The translations under genes and the position numbers were made by a program. The notes under the pieces were generated by a model. The model ran no database searches, was not told where the DNA came from, and saw only the letters and a program-made list of their open reading frames with translations. DNA of 61,939 bases from a virus (lineage: Duplodnaviria; Caudoviricetes): the IMG/VR virus record IMGVR_UViG_3300037225_000134, positions 1 through 61,939 of that record, one strand, 5' to 3'. This document shows positions 20,448 through 29,831 of the stretch, piece after piece; the first letter of the stretch is position 1; every line of letters starts with the position of its first letter.

Positions 20448-20465
20448 AAATTGAGGTGAAAATAA

Positions 20466-20585
20466 TTGCCAAACAATAAAATGAAATCAAGAGATAATGC
20501 CTACTTCGTTAACCCTATTATAACGATTACAGAACACGACGATCAGGTCGACACTATATCAATAGCCTGGACCGAACTAAATTAA
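20466..20585 (+). pseudogene. Chimeric mini-ORF: portal N-terminal piece fused to a terminase C-terminal piece
   Basis: MPNNK...YFVNPIITIT (portal has YFINPLITVD) + EHDDQVDTISIAW (terL has EHDDQIDAMSIAW). Confidence 0.7.
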
Positions 20586-20602
20586 TAAGGGGGTGAGAAT
20601 AA

Positions 20603-22399
20603 TTGCCAAGGAATATAGCTAAACAGAAATCGCACGACCCGGCTATTAATCAGCCAAATCTTGCAGATGATTATGTTTTAGTGCTACCAAATGGTACACG
20701 TTATGAACCAATAAAAAATGACCCAAACGCACTGATGAATGCGAATAAAAATAGTTCTTTGGGTATGGAATTCCCTAATACTGATATTTACTTTATCAAT
20801 CCACTGATAACGGTGGACACTGTGCGACACGCAGGGAAGCACTATCTACTTTCAAGAATACTAAGACAGATTGATGACTTTGCATTTAACGGCGCAAAGA
20901 TCAAACCAATTCCTCCAGAGGATAAAGCAAAAGACATTCCCGAGGATGACATTGATGAAGTCCAAAGCAAAATAGATAGGATAGATAGTAAAGTAGTAAA
21001 GACTATTCTCAGAATGAGGCAGGCTACTTACGACGAATTTATCTATGGCAGCGCGGTTTTCGAGCGGATCGAGGGCATAATTGAAGATTGGATAGCCCCG
21101 GTGATATTCAAGAGACTTCCAGCTTATTCTTTTTGTGAAAGACCTATAGGAAGAATGGATATCCAGAGATATGTAACGGGTGATATTCTTTATGGTATTG
21201 TCTTCGACAAAAGGACCAATACCTTTGAGTATTGGCAGAAGCAAAACCAGATATCCGTACCTATCCAGATTCCGACAAAAAATGTGATTCATCTTAAGGA
21301 TGAAATCTCAGAACAAGTAGACGGCGACTCATTTGTTCAAAAAGTCATGCCTCTAATCAGGAAGCTTGATTATGCAGATATGGCACTAATGGAAACAGTA
21401 CACCGGGCCGGTGCGCCGTTACTCTGGATCAAAATTGAAGAATACAGAGACAACCCGGCAGCCCAGGGTCAAGGCTTATGGAGTCCCGCTACAGCTTTTG
21501 AAATGGGAAAGAAGATCGCAGTTAACCACGGCAAAAATAACGCTATGGTAGCGCCATCATGCATAACGCCGGTGCCACTAGATTATAAACTCTGTATAGA
21601 CCCTATGCAGGTAATAACGAGTTATGAAGAGAGAGTTTTAAAGGCTTTAGTGCCGAGGGACTTCTTAGAGTCTCAAAACGGTGGAAGTGGTGGACTCGGA
21701 AAGTCTAACGCTGCAGGTCTAGAGCTACTCATGATGATTGCCGAGGGCTGGAGAGAGCGAGTAGCCAAGACGTTTATTGAGATGTGGAATACCATATTAG
21801 AAGAGAACGGCTACGAGGGCTGGAAAGTTGAAGTTGAATGGAAAGAGTTAGACCCGACAGATGAGTCCGAGCTATTCAAGCGGGCTGCAATAGCCTTTGG
21901 TATGACTAATCTATTCACTGAGGATGAGATTAGGGAGATTGCAGGCAAACCGCCAATGTCCGAGGAAGACAAAACAGCCAAAGAAGAAAAGGATGCATCC
22001 GACGCACAAGCTAAGCAGGATCAGTTTAACGCGACCTTAGCATCTAAGGCAGGCGTACCGCCAGGGCAACCCGGCCAAGTACCGCCAGGACTAGCGCAAA
22101 AGAAAGGCGCGGTACCTCCAGGAAAGAACCCGGTTGGTACTCAGGTCAAACCTGTTGATGTCACTATAACTAAAGACGTTAAAGGCAAAGGCGGAAAGAA
22201 CGTTAAGACCGACAAGGGAGAAGTGGTAAAAGACAAACAAGAGAAGCCACTCAAAAACTCTCTTGTCGAAAACTTTATAACTAATGCATCTGATAAAAAG
22301 ACCCCTGCCGAGCTGGAGAAGCTAATGGCAGAAAAAGCTCACCTTTTTGCAACGTGGGCCAAGGAAGCCGGGTTTATGCCGTGGGATGAAAACGAATAA
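20603..22399 (+). CDS. Portal protein
   Basis: Position after terL, size, IPTKNVIHL and FTEDEIRE motifs, low-complexity C-terminal tail. Confidence 0.85.
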   Translation: MPRNIAKQKSHDPAINQPNLADDYVLVLPNGTRYEPIKNDPNALMNANKNSSLGMEFPNTDIYFINPLITVDTVRHAGKHYLLSRILRQIDDFAFNGAKIKPIPPEDKAKDIPEDDIDEVQSKIDRIDSKVVKTILRMRQATYDEFIYGSAVFERIEGIIEDWIAPVIFKRLPAYSFCERPIGRMDIQRYVTGDILYGIVFDKRTNTFEYWQKQNQISVPIQIPTKNVIHLKDEISEQVDGDSFVQKVMPLIRKLDYADMALMETVHRAGAPLLWIKIEEYRDNPAAQGQGLWSPATAFEMGKKIAVNHGKNNAMVAPSCITPVPLDYKLCIDPMQVITSYEERVLKALVPRDFLESQNGGSGGLGKSNAAGLELLMMIAEGWRERVAKTFIEMWNTILEENGYEGWKVEVEWKELDPTDESELFKRAAIAFGMTNLFTEDEIREIAGKPPMSEEDKTAKEEKDASDAQAKQDQFNATLASKAGVPPGQPGQVPPGLAQKKGAVPPGKNPVGTQVKPVDVTITKDVKGKGGKNVKTDKGEVVKDKQEKPLKNSLVENFITNASDKKTPAELEKLMAEKAHLFATWAKEAGFMPWDENE

Positions 22400-22417
22400 G
22401 AGTGATTTAAATGGGTT

Positions 22418-23014
22418 TTGGTGTTGGTGATATTGGACTTCAATAATTTATGGAAAGGTATTAAGGATAATGTTAGTGAACTTAACGAAAAGGTATGGAA
22501 TTATGTTTGGGAAAAATCAGTAGCCCAGGATTACATGGACGGCCAAAAGGTTGGGGCCGCAAGCCTTAACCTCGATTACTCTCTAAACTCCAGCTCTGTA
22601 ATGAAATACTATCAAGAGCACGGTTTAGAGTTAGTTAAAACCCTCGATGACACGGATAAGGCCAACTTCAAGCTTTTGCTGGAGCAGGGCAAAGATATGT
22701 CATTCCCGGAATTTCAAACCCTTCTCGATAACTCTTTTATAGGCAGCCCGGAACGTGCTAAACTGATTTGGGATAACGAGCAGCATACCGCTAGTGTTAA
22801 TGGCACAAATGATTATGTCCAAAACTATGCTAAGGAAACCGACGCCAAAATTATTACTAAAGTCTGGCACCGGGGAAACAGTATAGTTCCGAGGGAGGCT
22901 CACCTAATTGAGGGCGAATCCCGGCCACTAAATGAGGCCTTTAGTAATGGGTTGATGATTCCTGAAGGAATAGGATGCAAATGCTGGCTGGAGTACATCG
23001 ATGAAAGTACCTAA
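22418..23014 (+). CDS. MuF/SPP1 gp7-like minor head protein
   Basis: RAKLI...E, KVW...PREAH...PLNEAFSNG...P..CKC after the portal. Confidence 0.75.
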   Translation: MVLVILDFNNLWKGIKDNVSELNEKVWNYVWEKSVAQDYMDGQKVGAASLNLDYSLNSSSVMKYYQEHGLELVKTLDDTDKANFKLLLEQGKDMSFPEFQTLLDNSFIGSPERAKLIWDNEQHTASVNGTNDYVQNYAKETDAKIITKVWHRGNSIVPREAHLIEGESRPLNEAFSNGLMIPEGIGCKCWLEYIDEST

Positions 23015-23247
23015 GAACCTATGGGGAACTTGTGCACTATGCTACTGGAAAATAAATCTACCAGGGAGATGTCCAAAGATTAATAATAATCCGGTATTTC
23101 CCTGCAACGGATTCAGGATAAGGAAATTAAAGAAGTGATAATTATGTATGAAGAGGAAGCAATGGTACACTACGTAGCACTAAGTCATTTCCAGGATAAC
23201 AAAGCAGAAATGATTATGACTATGTTTAAGGAAGTTAATGAGGTGAA

Positions 23248-24012
23248 ATGATGAAGTATATAATTTTAATTGCGATTATGTTTATGTTCTGTATGCCAGC
23301 AACGGCGCATAATGATTATATCTATACCAGTGGAATAGCTGGATTTCTATCGGGAATGTCACCAGTAGTTGATAATGTACCTCCAGTAGTTGATAACGTT
23401 ACTCCAGTAGTGGCAACACCTGGCGTAGATACATCAATGACAACACCACTAGGAATATATGACCCCGGAGCAGAGCAAACAGTATACGAAATACCAACAA
23501 ATACTGCAACTACAGCGACTCCGGCCACAGTCGCAGTTAATAACACCCCGGCCAAAACAGTAGCACCAGCAACACAAGATAAACCCGCAACAGTGGATAC
23601 CTCAATGGTCACTCCAACCGGCTACGATACGACATCACCTAAGGTAGTCATAACAGGAATGCTAAACCAGGATCTAAAAGCCCCGGTGTTTACAAATGTG
23701 TTTAATGAAGCGCAATTTAAGGCGGCTCTTATTCCACTGAGAACGGTAGAGACTGATATTAATACCGGTACATGGGCCAATGATCCCACGACCATAATAA
23801 CAGTGACTTGTATGCCAGGGCATGATGCTTACGGTGCACTGATCCCCGGACAGTATGAGTATTCTATGAGTATGGGATTAACAGCGGTCGGAATGAGATT
23901 CTCCACCGATGAAGCTAACATAATGTCTCACAAAATAGGTCCATCCAGTACCACAGATATTAATGTGGCTTGGACTTGGTACGTGAATCAACTTCATGCA
24001 GTAGGTTACTAA
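23248..24012 (+). CDS. Secreted or surface protein with signal peptide and Thr/Pro/Val-rich linker
   Basis: MMKYIILIAIMFMFCMPATA signal; PVVDNV repeats. Confidence 0.65.
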   Translation: MMKYIILIAIMFMFCMPATAHNDYIYTSGIAGFLSGMSPVVDNVPPVVDNVTPVVATPGVDTSMTTPLGIYDPGAEQTVYEIPTNTATTATPATVAVNNTPAKTVAPATQDKPATVDTSMVTPTGYDTTSPKVVITGMLNQDLKAPVFTNVFNEAQFKAALIPLRTVETDINTGTWANDPTTIITVTCMPGHDAYGALIPGQYEYSMSMGLTAVGMRFSTDEANIMSHKIGPSSTTDINVAWTWYVNQLHAVGY

Positions 24013-24013
24013 G

Positions 24014-24160
24014 ATGTATGTAGACCACGTTATATTAAAATGTCCTCAGTGCGGTAGTGCTAACGTGGTACTACTGCCACAAAGGGAATATGAAGGAAAA
24101 ACAGGATTACCGAAGCACTACGAATGCAAAGATTGCTTTGGAATGTTTACAGGGAGGTGA
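24014..24160 (+). CDS. Small Zn-ribbon protein (48 aa)
   Basis: Manual translation with CPQC...CKDC; fills the gap between neighbouring genes. Confidence 0.55.
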   Translation: MYVDHVILKCPQCGSANVVLLPQREYEGKTGLPKHYECKDCFGMFTGR

Positions 24161-24164
24161 GTGA

Positions 24165-25034
24165 GTGACGAAAATAGAAATAGTTATGTGTCCACCGAAG
24201 TATATGTCTAGTGAAATAAAAAATAATGATTGGATGAAGGCATACCCGGAGGATGAGATAGAAGTTAATATCGATATTGCAATGAAACAATATTGGGATT
24301 TATATACTGCTATTTCTCAGCAAGCTTTTGTGTGGCAACTTCCACCTAAGAAGGGCCTGCAGGATCAAGTCTATGTGGCTAACGTGGCTTGTGTCTTACC
24401 TCACCTCGATAAGACGGCAGTTTTAGCTAACTGGAAGGCAGAAGGCAGGGCCGGGGAAGAAAAGGTCGTAGATGATCTATTAGAGGCCTTAGACTATGAC
24501 TATATTCAGTGTCCCTACGATTTTGAGGGCGAAGCTGAATTGAAGTGGCTCCGAGATAACATTTACGTTGGAGGCTTTGGACAAAGAACATCTAAGGCGG
24601 CTCTTAACTGGATGGAAGATAAATATGATATGAAAATTATTCCTCTCAAAGAATCTGATCCTTATCTCTACCACGTTGATTGTAGCATATTCATGTTAGA
24701 TACTGAGACCGTTCTCTTAAGCACTGAGACTATTGATAAGAAGACAATTGATACAATTGAAAAAGTTGCTACTGTCATACCAGTCTCTAAGAGATTTGCC
24801 TATGATTCTATGTGTAATAGTTTAAGGATCGGCGGAGTGTTTTTCACTAGCGCGGCAGTCAACTTTAACACCGACGCAATAGATCCACAGAACAACGAAG
24901 TAGTTAATATTTGCAGAAAGTATGGCCTGCAGCCGGTTTTCATCGATTTGTCAGAATATGCTAAGTCTGGCGCGGCTCTTAGTTGCATGTGTATGCATCT
25001 TACCTACGACAAAGTAAAACTGAGGTATCCATAA
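24165..25034 (+). CDS. Pentein-fold amidinotransferase / DDAH / arginine dihydrolase-like enzyme
   Basis: MCPPKY...WM, GLQDQVYVAN, RAGEE, FEGEAE, YHVD, and C-terminal catalytic Cys in KSGAALSCM. Confidence 0.85.
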   Translation: MTKIEIVMCPPKYMSSEIKNNDWMKAYPEDEIEVNIDIAMKQYWDLYTAISQQAFVWQLPPKKGLQDQVYVANVACVLPHLDKTAVLANWKAEGRAGEEKVVDDLLEALDYDYIQCPYDFEGEAELKWLRDNIYVGGFGQRTSKAALNWMEDKYDMKIIPLKESDPYLYHVDCSIFMLDTETVLLSTETIDKKTIDTIEKVATVIPVSKRFAYDSMCNSLRIGGVFFTSAAVNFNTDAIDPQNNEVVNICRKYGLQPVFIDLSEYAKSGAALSCMCMHLTYDKVKLRYP

Positions 25035-25804
25035 TGCAACTTCTGAAGGACTGGCTTGTATCCCCGGAGATAGCGGAAATCCGAAAGATGTCTATGGCAG
25101 ATATCTTAAAGAAAGGATTTCACCGGGAAAGCCTAGTTCCAATTTTCATCAACAAAGAGGTATTATTTAGCCCAGCCAACGGTGTTATCCTCTACGTTAA
25201 GCATATCAAAAACCGGGAAGAAATCATAAATGTTCATGGAACCCCTTTGAAAATCAAAGACTTGATTAGAACCGATCTATATGATGATGAATTTATAGTA
25301 ATCGGTATATTCATGACAATGTATGATGAGCATATTAATTTTATGCCAAGTTCCGGCTACCTGTCGTTTAAGGATCTTCCAAAGCTGAAGATTGATAATA
25401 TGACTATGACATCTGTAGAGCTGGCACTCATAGAGGCAAATGATCACCCCGATACCGAAGGCATGGAGTACCTCTTTTATAACGAGCGAATGCTTAACAC
25501 GGTTTTTGATAACGAAATAGGACAAGAATATTATATTGTCCAAATAGCCGATGCAGACGTAGGCGCTATAATTCCCTTCAAAGAAAATGATAAATTTATA
25601 GCTCAAGGTTATCCGTTCTCTGCCGTGCGCTTTGGTAGCCAGGTAGATCTAATCATACCCTTGAAGCCCAGGCGGAACTATGAGGTGCTAGTAGGAGATA
25701 AGATAGGCTGGCATGTATCTGCCGTTGCCGATCCATTAGTAAAGATCACTAAATCGGATGCTTCAAGTATACCAGTCGTAAATATGGGATTACCAAAGAG
25801 TTGA
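25034..25804 (+). CDS. Phosphatidylserine-decarboxylase-family (pyruvoyl) protein, divergent and apparently soluble
   Basis: FSPANG, IGIFMTMYDEHIN, NER, VQIA, RFGSQVDL self-cleavage motif; TAATG overlap with the upstream gene (ORF track start 24983). Confidence 0.8.
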   Translation: MQLLKDWLVSPEIAEIRKMSMADILKKGFHRESLVPIFINKEVLFSPANGVILYVKHIKNREEIINVHGTPLKIKDLIRTDLYDDEFIVIGIFMTMYDEHINFMPSSGYLSFKDLPKLKIDNMTMTSVELALIEANDHPDTEGMEYLFYNERMLNTVFDNEIGQEYYIVQIADADVGAIIPFKENDKFIAQGYPFSAVRFGSQVDLIIPLKPRRNYEVLVGDKIGWHVSAVADPLVKITKSDASSIPVVNMGLPKS

Positions 25805-26454
25805 TTTTTATGAGTGATACAGGTATGGGCGCAATGACAACGGCTCAGATTGGCAGATATTCTAAAGGCTGGATGAGGCGGAAAGCTAAGAAGAATAACA
25901 GGCCTGATTTTGAAGCAGTTAAGAATAGCCATATTGAGCAGGCTAAACACGATATGAACCTCATGTTAGTACAAGAGCAAGCAGTACAAAACTTCAACCC
26001 CAACCACGATAGCAAAGGACTCTTTGCCTCAGGTAGTGGCGGCGGAAAAGACGTTACTAGCGAGAGATTAGATGAAGCCTTACATGCTACAGGTTTTCAT
26101 TCTGAAGTGGGCAAACTCGGATCTACCAAAGGAGTAGTTGCCAAGAAGGTACTCGATAAAGTAGGCGACGGGCAAAGACTTCATGGTATGATGCAAAAAT
26201 CGGCAGGAGCGGGCATATCCGAAGCGGTTAGAATATCTAAGCCTTTATTATATTCAGAATTTTCTTCGAGTCTTTCCAAGGCTGAAAAAGGTGTTATGCT
26301 AGCTTTAGTTAAGGAAGGCACTCTACAGATAGCAGAAGATAATGATGGGTTTGTTCATATCGGGCCTAAGGCAGTAACTAATAGCCTGGAGACCCAAAGA
26401 CTTGAAGCACTCCAAAACTTCAACCCTAACCACATAATGGAGCTGAGAAAATGA
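25801..26454 (+). CDS. Putative internal head protein with a capsid-like N-terminal peptide and a duplicated QNFNPNH motif
   Basis: MGAMTTAQIGRYSKGW vs MCP MGAMTTAQLDKYIRGW; 21-nt near-identical repeats at 25987 and 26413. Confidence 0.55.
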   Translation: MIFMSDTGMGAMTTAQIGRYSKGWMRRKAKKNNRPDFEAVKNSHIEQAKHDMNLMLVQEQAVQNFNPNHDSKGLFASGSGGGKDVTSERLDEALHATGFHSEVGKLGSTKGVVAKKVLDKVGDGQRLHGMMQKSAGAGISEAVRISKPLLYSEFSSSLSKAEKGVMLALVKEGTLQIAEDNDGFVHIGPKAVTNSLETQRLEALQNFNPNHIMELRK

Positions 26455-26690
26455 GCCAGACCCCGGAGCAGAAAAAGAATACAGATGATTATGCAGATTG
26501 GTTTTTTGGTAATGGCAAATATGCCATAGATCCCAAAAAAGAAGATGGTAAAGATGTTTAAATGCGATGTCCACCCAGACTTAATATGTCATAAATTATG
26601 CTGCGAAAATTGCAATGCGCGTCACTGGTGCATAGGATGCAGCATGAAACCGCACTATTGCGGCCACTCAATTTTAGTGGAGGTGAAAAG

Positions 26691-27845
26691 ATGATCATAA
26701 CAAAAGTGGAATCTAGTGAAAGTATTTGTCTTAACTCAAACAAAATGGAAAAGAAAAATGGAGAAATTATTAAGCCTATTGTCATCATGAAGGCAGGCGT
26801 GTTTAATGATTATCTAAAAACACCAAAAGCATTAGAAAAATCCGCTAGGTGGTGGAATATTCCAATTGTAATTAAAGATGCAACCAGCATACAAGACCAC
26901 CCTGATAGTGTTATAGTTACTAATAAAACTTTCAGAGTTGGAGCCGTTACTAATGCGCATTGGGATATGAAGGGCGAAAAGATAGTAGGAGATGCTCACA
27001 TTTATGAGGATCTTTGCCCGGATTGGTTATTAACTGCGATAGAAAACGGAGAAGTAAAAGGAGTATCTGGTACTTACTTTTGCGATTTAATAGATACCAA
27101 AGGCGAACTAGACGGAGTAAAATATATTAAAGAAGAGCAGAACTATGCGCCAAATAACATTGCCATAGTAGCTAACCCGGCATGTACGCCAGATCAGGGA
27201 TGTGGTTTATCGATGAATTCTAAGAAAGATAAAGTATGCAATTGCGCCGACGATGAAGAGCTAGTCTTAAATGAAGACGGAAGTCCGAAGCTAGACGACG
27301 AAGGCAACCAGATGAAAAAGAAAAAAGCAATAAAAGCGGCAGATAAAAAAGATTCTGACGTTGTAGTTTCACAAAATTCACAAACGGAGGCAAATAATAT
27401 GGCAGAGATTGAAGATATGAAGAAGCAGTTAGAAGCAATGGGTATCCAGGTAAATAGCATGACTGCAAAGATGACTGAGCAGGCACAGATTATTGAGACC
27501 GTTAACCAGGAACTTATTACCGCGAAGGCGGCAGTAGCTAAGTATGAACTTGCAGCTAAGGAAACAGGATTCCTGGCTCAATTCCCGGAGTCTACTAGGG
27601 AGCTGGCGAAAACTGAGCTTATGCCAGTCTTCATGAAAGACCCGATGGAACTGGTAATGAACCACGCCAAGAGACTCGGAGAACTTTTAGTACCCGCACC
27701 AGTAACTAACGGAGCGGTATCCTTAGGCGCGGAGCACGTAGACCTTCCTCTTAAGGACGTTGTAGAGAATGCTGATGAAGTTCTCGCGGCTCTCCCTAAG
27801 ACAGAGGACGCACTAGCTCTTATGAGGGCGCATAGAGCAGCTTAA
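26691..27845 (+). CDS. Prohead protease/scaffold fusion (DUF2213-like; ORF track start 26598)
   Basis: GGAGGTGA RBS before ATG 26691; DHP, VSGTY, NNIAIVANPAC, then an acidic and coiled-coil scaffold region; just upstream of the decoration/capsid genes. Confidence 0.7.
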   Translation: MIITKVESSESICLNSNKMEKKNGEIIKPIVIMKAGVFNDYLKTPKALEKSARWWNIPIVIKDATSIQDHPDSVIVTNKTFRVGAVTNAHWDMKGEKIVGDAHIYEDLCPDWLLTAIENGEVKGVSGTYFCDLIDTKGELDGVKYIKEEQNYAPNNIAIVANPACTPDQGCGLSMNSKKDKVCNCADDEELVLNEDGSPKLDDEGNQMKKKKAIKAADKKDSDVVVSQNSQTEANNMAEIEDMKKQLEAMGIQVNSMTAKMTEQAQIIETVNQELITAKAAVAKYELAAKETGFLAQFPESTRELAKTELMPVFMKDPMELVMNHAKRLGELLVPAPVTNGAVSLGAEHVDLPLKDVVENADEVLAALPKTEDALALMRAHRAA

Positions 27846-27868
27846 ACAAAACCCGGAGGAATAGTACT

Positions 27869-28321
27869 ATGAGCGTTATTAAAGATATGGGCCGGGTTGG
27901 TAGGTCTTTACCGTGCGCTGCAGAAGCTATTGTAGAAGGATATGTCTACAAGTACACTGCAGACGGATATATGACTATCATAACGGCAAAGGGCGACTCT
28001 GCTTTTGCGGTCGCACTCGCTAGCTCTTTAGATCCACAGCTAGCTACAGCAAAGACTTTGACAGCGGGCGATAACTGGAGCTTCGCAGAACTTGGTTGCA
28101 AGATGATTGTAACTGTAGCCAGCATAGCATCCAGAACTTGGACCGGACACCCGATGGTTTACCTGGCAGATTTGGTTGACGGCATGGTAGATACAGCTCA
28201 CGCTACGAGCAGGCCAATAGGCCATTATGCAGGCCCAAGCGGATTAGTAACTAGTTCTAGCGACGGCGATCTCATTGAGGTTTACCTTGATGTTCAGCCA
28301 GGCGCGGATAACGTAGCTTAA
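27869..28321 (+). CDS. Head decoration/cement protein, paralog 1
   Basis: Position before the MCP; shares SLPCAAE...G..Y...IGHY with the next ORF. Confidence 0.6.
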   Translation: MSVIKDMGRVGRSLPCAAEAIVEGYVYKYTADGYMTIITAKGDSAFAVALASSLDPQLATAKTLTAGDNWSFAELGCKMIVTVASIASRTWTGHPMVYLADLVDGMVDTAHATSRPIGHYAGPSGLVTSSSDGDLIEVYLDVQPGADNVA

Positions 28322-28348
28322 ACAAAATAAAACAAGGAGACTAAACAT

Positions 28349-28789
28349 ATGGCAGATGTAAGATTTACAGGCGTTAAAATGATGAGCCTGCCGTGCGCTG
28401 CAGAAATTATCTACGAGGGTAAGCTCTACAAAGACGATGGCAGCGGAAGAATGACAGTATGCAACGGTGTAACCGATACAGTCTTCGTAGTGGCAGCTTA
28501 TTCTAGTATAGATGTTCAACTAGGATCTGCAGTAGCAAAGGTAGTCGGGGATAATCATCCGTTCTTCCTAATTGGGTCTGGAGCTATCGTTCTGGTACCC
28601 TGCGATGGATCTATAACTATGCAGTTTGGAGACAAGGTTTACGTAGGCCAAACCAATAACGGATACGCGAATACATCCACAACCTCCACCCCTAAGGCAG
28701 TAGGTCACTATGTCGGAAAAGATAACAAAGCCTATACCGATGGGGTAATGATGGAAGTCGTTCTCGATTGTCCAATAGGCAGCACTTAA
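28349..28789 (+). CDS. Head decoration/cement protein, paralog 2
   Basis: Paralogous to 27869-28321 (shared CCGTGCGCTGCAGAA). Confidence 0.6.
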   Translation: MADVRFTGVKMMSLPCAAEIIYEGKLYKDDGSGRMTVCNGVTDTVFVVAAYSSIDVQLGSAVAKVVGDNHPFFLIGSGAIVLVPCDGSITMQFGDKVYVGQTNNGYANTSTTSTPKAVGHYVGKDNKAYTDGVMMEVVLDCPIGST

Positions 28790-28831
28790 ACATAAATACA
28801 TAATAACAAAATTATTAAGGAGAGATGAATT

Positions 28832-29764
28832 ATGGCTATGCAAATGGGCGCAATGACAACCGCGCAGCTCGATAAGTACATCAGAGGATGGGGTCCGAAG
28901 GCTCTTGAACTGATTAACCTGGATATGCAGGTAGAATCTGTTCTTGATAAGGCTTTTCCCTCCAAGACTGTAGACATTCAGAGAATAGAGTTCTTTACCA
29001 CGCACGGGAACCCCGGCCAGATGGATGTAGCTCTTGAGACCCCGCCAGTTACCACCAGGTGGAACAAAACCAGAGTCACCAAGGATATCAAGATTCAGAA
29101 GTTTAGCTACAAGATTCTTGATTCCACAAGGGCAAACATCTACGTAGATGACATGGCCTCTGAAGGCGCGGCTATGGCTCTGAAATATTTCGGAGCAGTC
29201 CACACCTATAAGCTGATAACTGAGCTTGTCGCTAGATATCAAAACACCTCCGCCGCTACCGGATATTGGAACGTAGCAGCCGGAGACGTAGAGAAGGATA
29301 TTATGACAGGTATTGAAACCATAATGTCCAAAACAGGCACAAACCCGGAATCCAGTGCTTACGGCATGGTATTCCCAAGCAAGATTATGTCTGGAATCAA
29401 TCAACTTGATCTCATTCATAACGTGCAGCAAAACCTGAAGGATTACCTCAAGGATACCTGGAACATCAATTGGTACCCGTATACTCCATACATGAATGCA
29501 GACGGAGCGCAGTACATCGATATTGAGCAGTTAACCGCTAGCGATGCTCTGAGCACTAACGCTGTCATGTTCTTGGAAGGTGCACAGACAGTTAGAGCGG
29601 CTCAGTATATACCACCCGCCACAGTCCCTATGTCTGAGACAACCAGACTACACGATGAGGGCTGGATCACCACCTTAAGACACGGCTATGATTGCATAGC
29701 AGTACCAAAGTGGCACGCTACCAGCACTCCAAATATTTACCTCATCAGTGGAGCCAGCGCATAA
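28832..29764 (+). CDS. Major capsid protein (probably HK97 fold)
   Basis: Position, 310 aa, strong RBS, followed by a hairpin at 29779-29800; fold not verified. Confidence 0.75.
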   Translation: MAMQMGAMTTAQLDKYIRGWGPKALELINLDMQVESVLDKAFPSKTVDIQRIEFFTTHGNPGQMDVALETPPVTTRWNKTRVTKDIKIQKFSYKILDSTRANIYVDDMASEGAAMALKYFGAVHTYKLITELVARYQNTSAATGYWNVAAGDVEKDIMTGIETIMSKTGTNPESSAYGMVFPSKIMSGINQLDLIHNVQQNLKDYLKDTWNINWYPYTPYMNADGAQYIDIEQLTASDALSTNAVMFLEGAQTVRAAQYIPPATVPMSETTRLHDEGWITTLRHGYDCIAVPKWHATSTPNIYLISGASA

Positions 29765-29831
29765 ACTTACATATCGTGAAGGGGTGAACCTAAACCCCTT
29801 TGCCTACCCTTTATAAAGGAGGAATTATAAA

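Noticed and set aside
28568-29431. Long minus-strand ORFs (also 40373-40888, 41783-42454, 15123-15596)
   Set aside because: Antisense shadows of well-supported + strand genes, with no motifs or RBS
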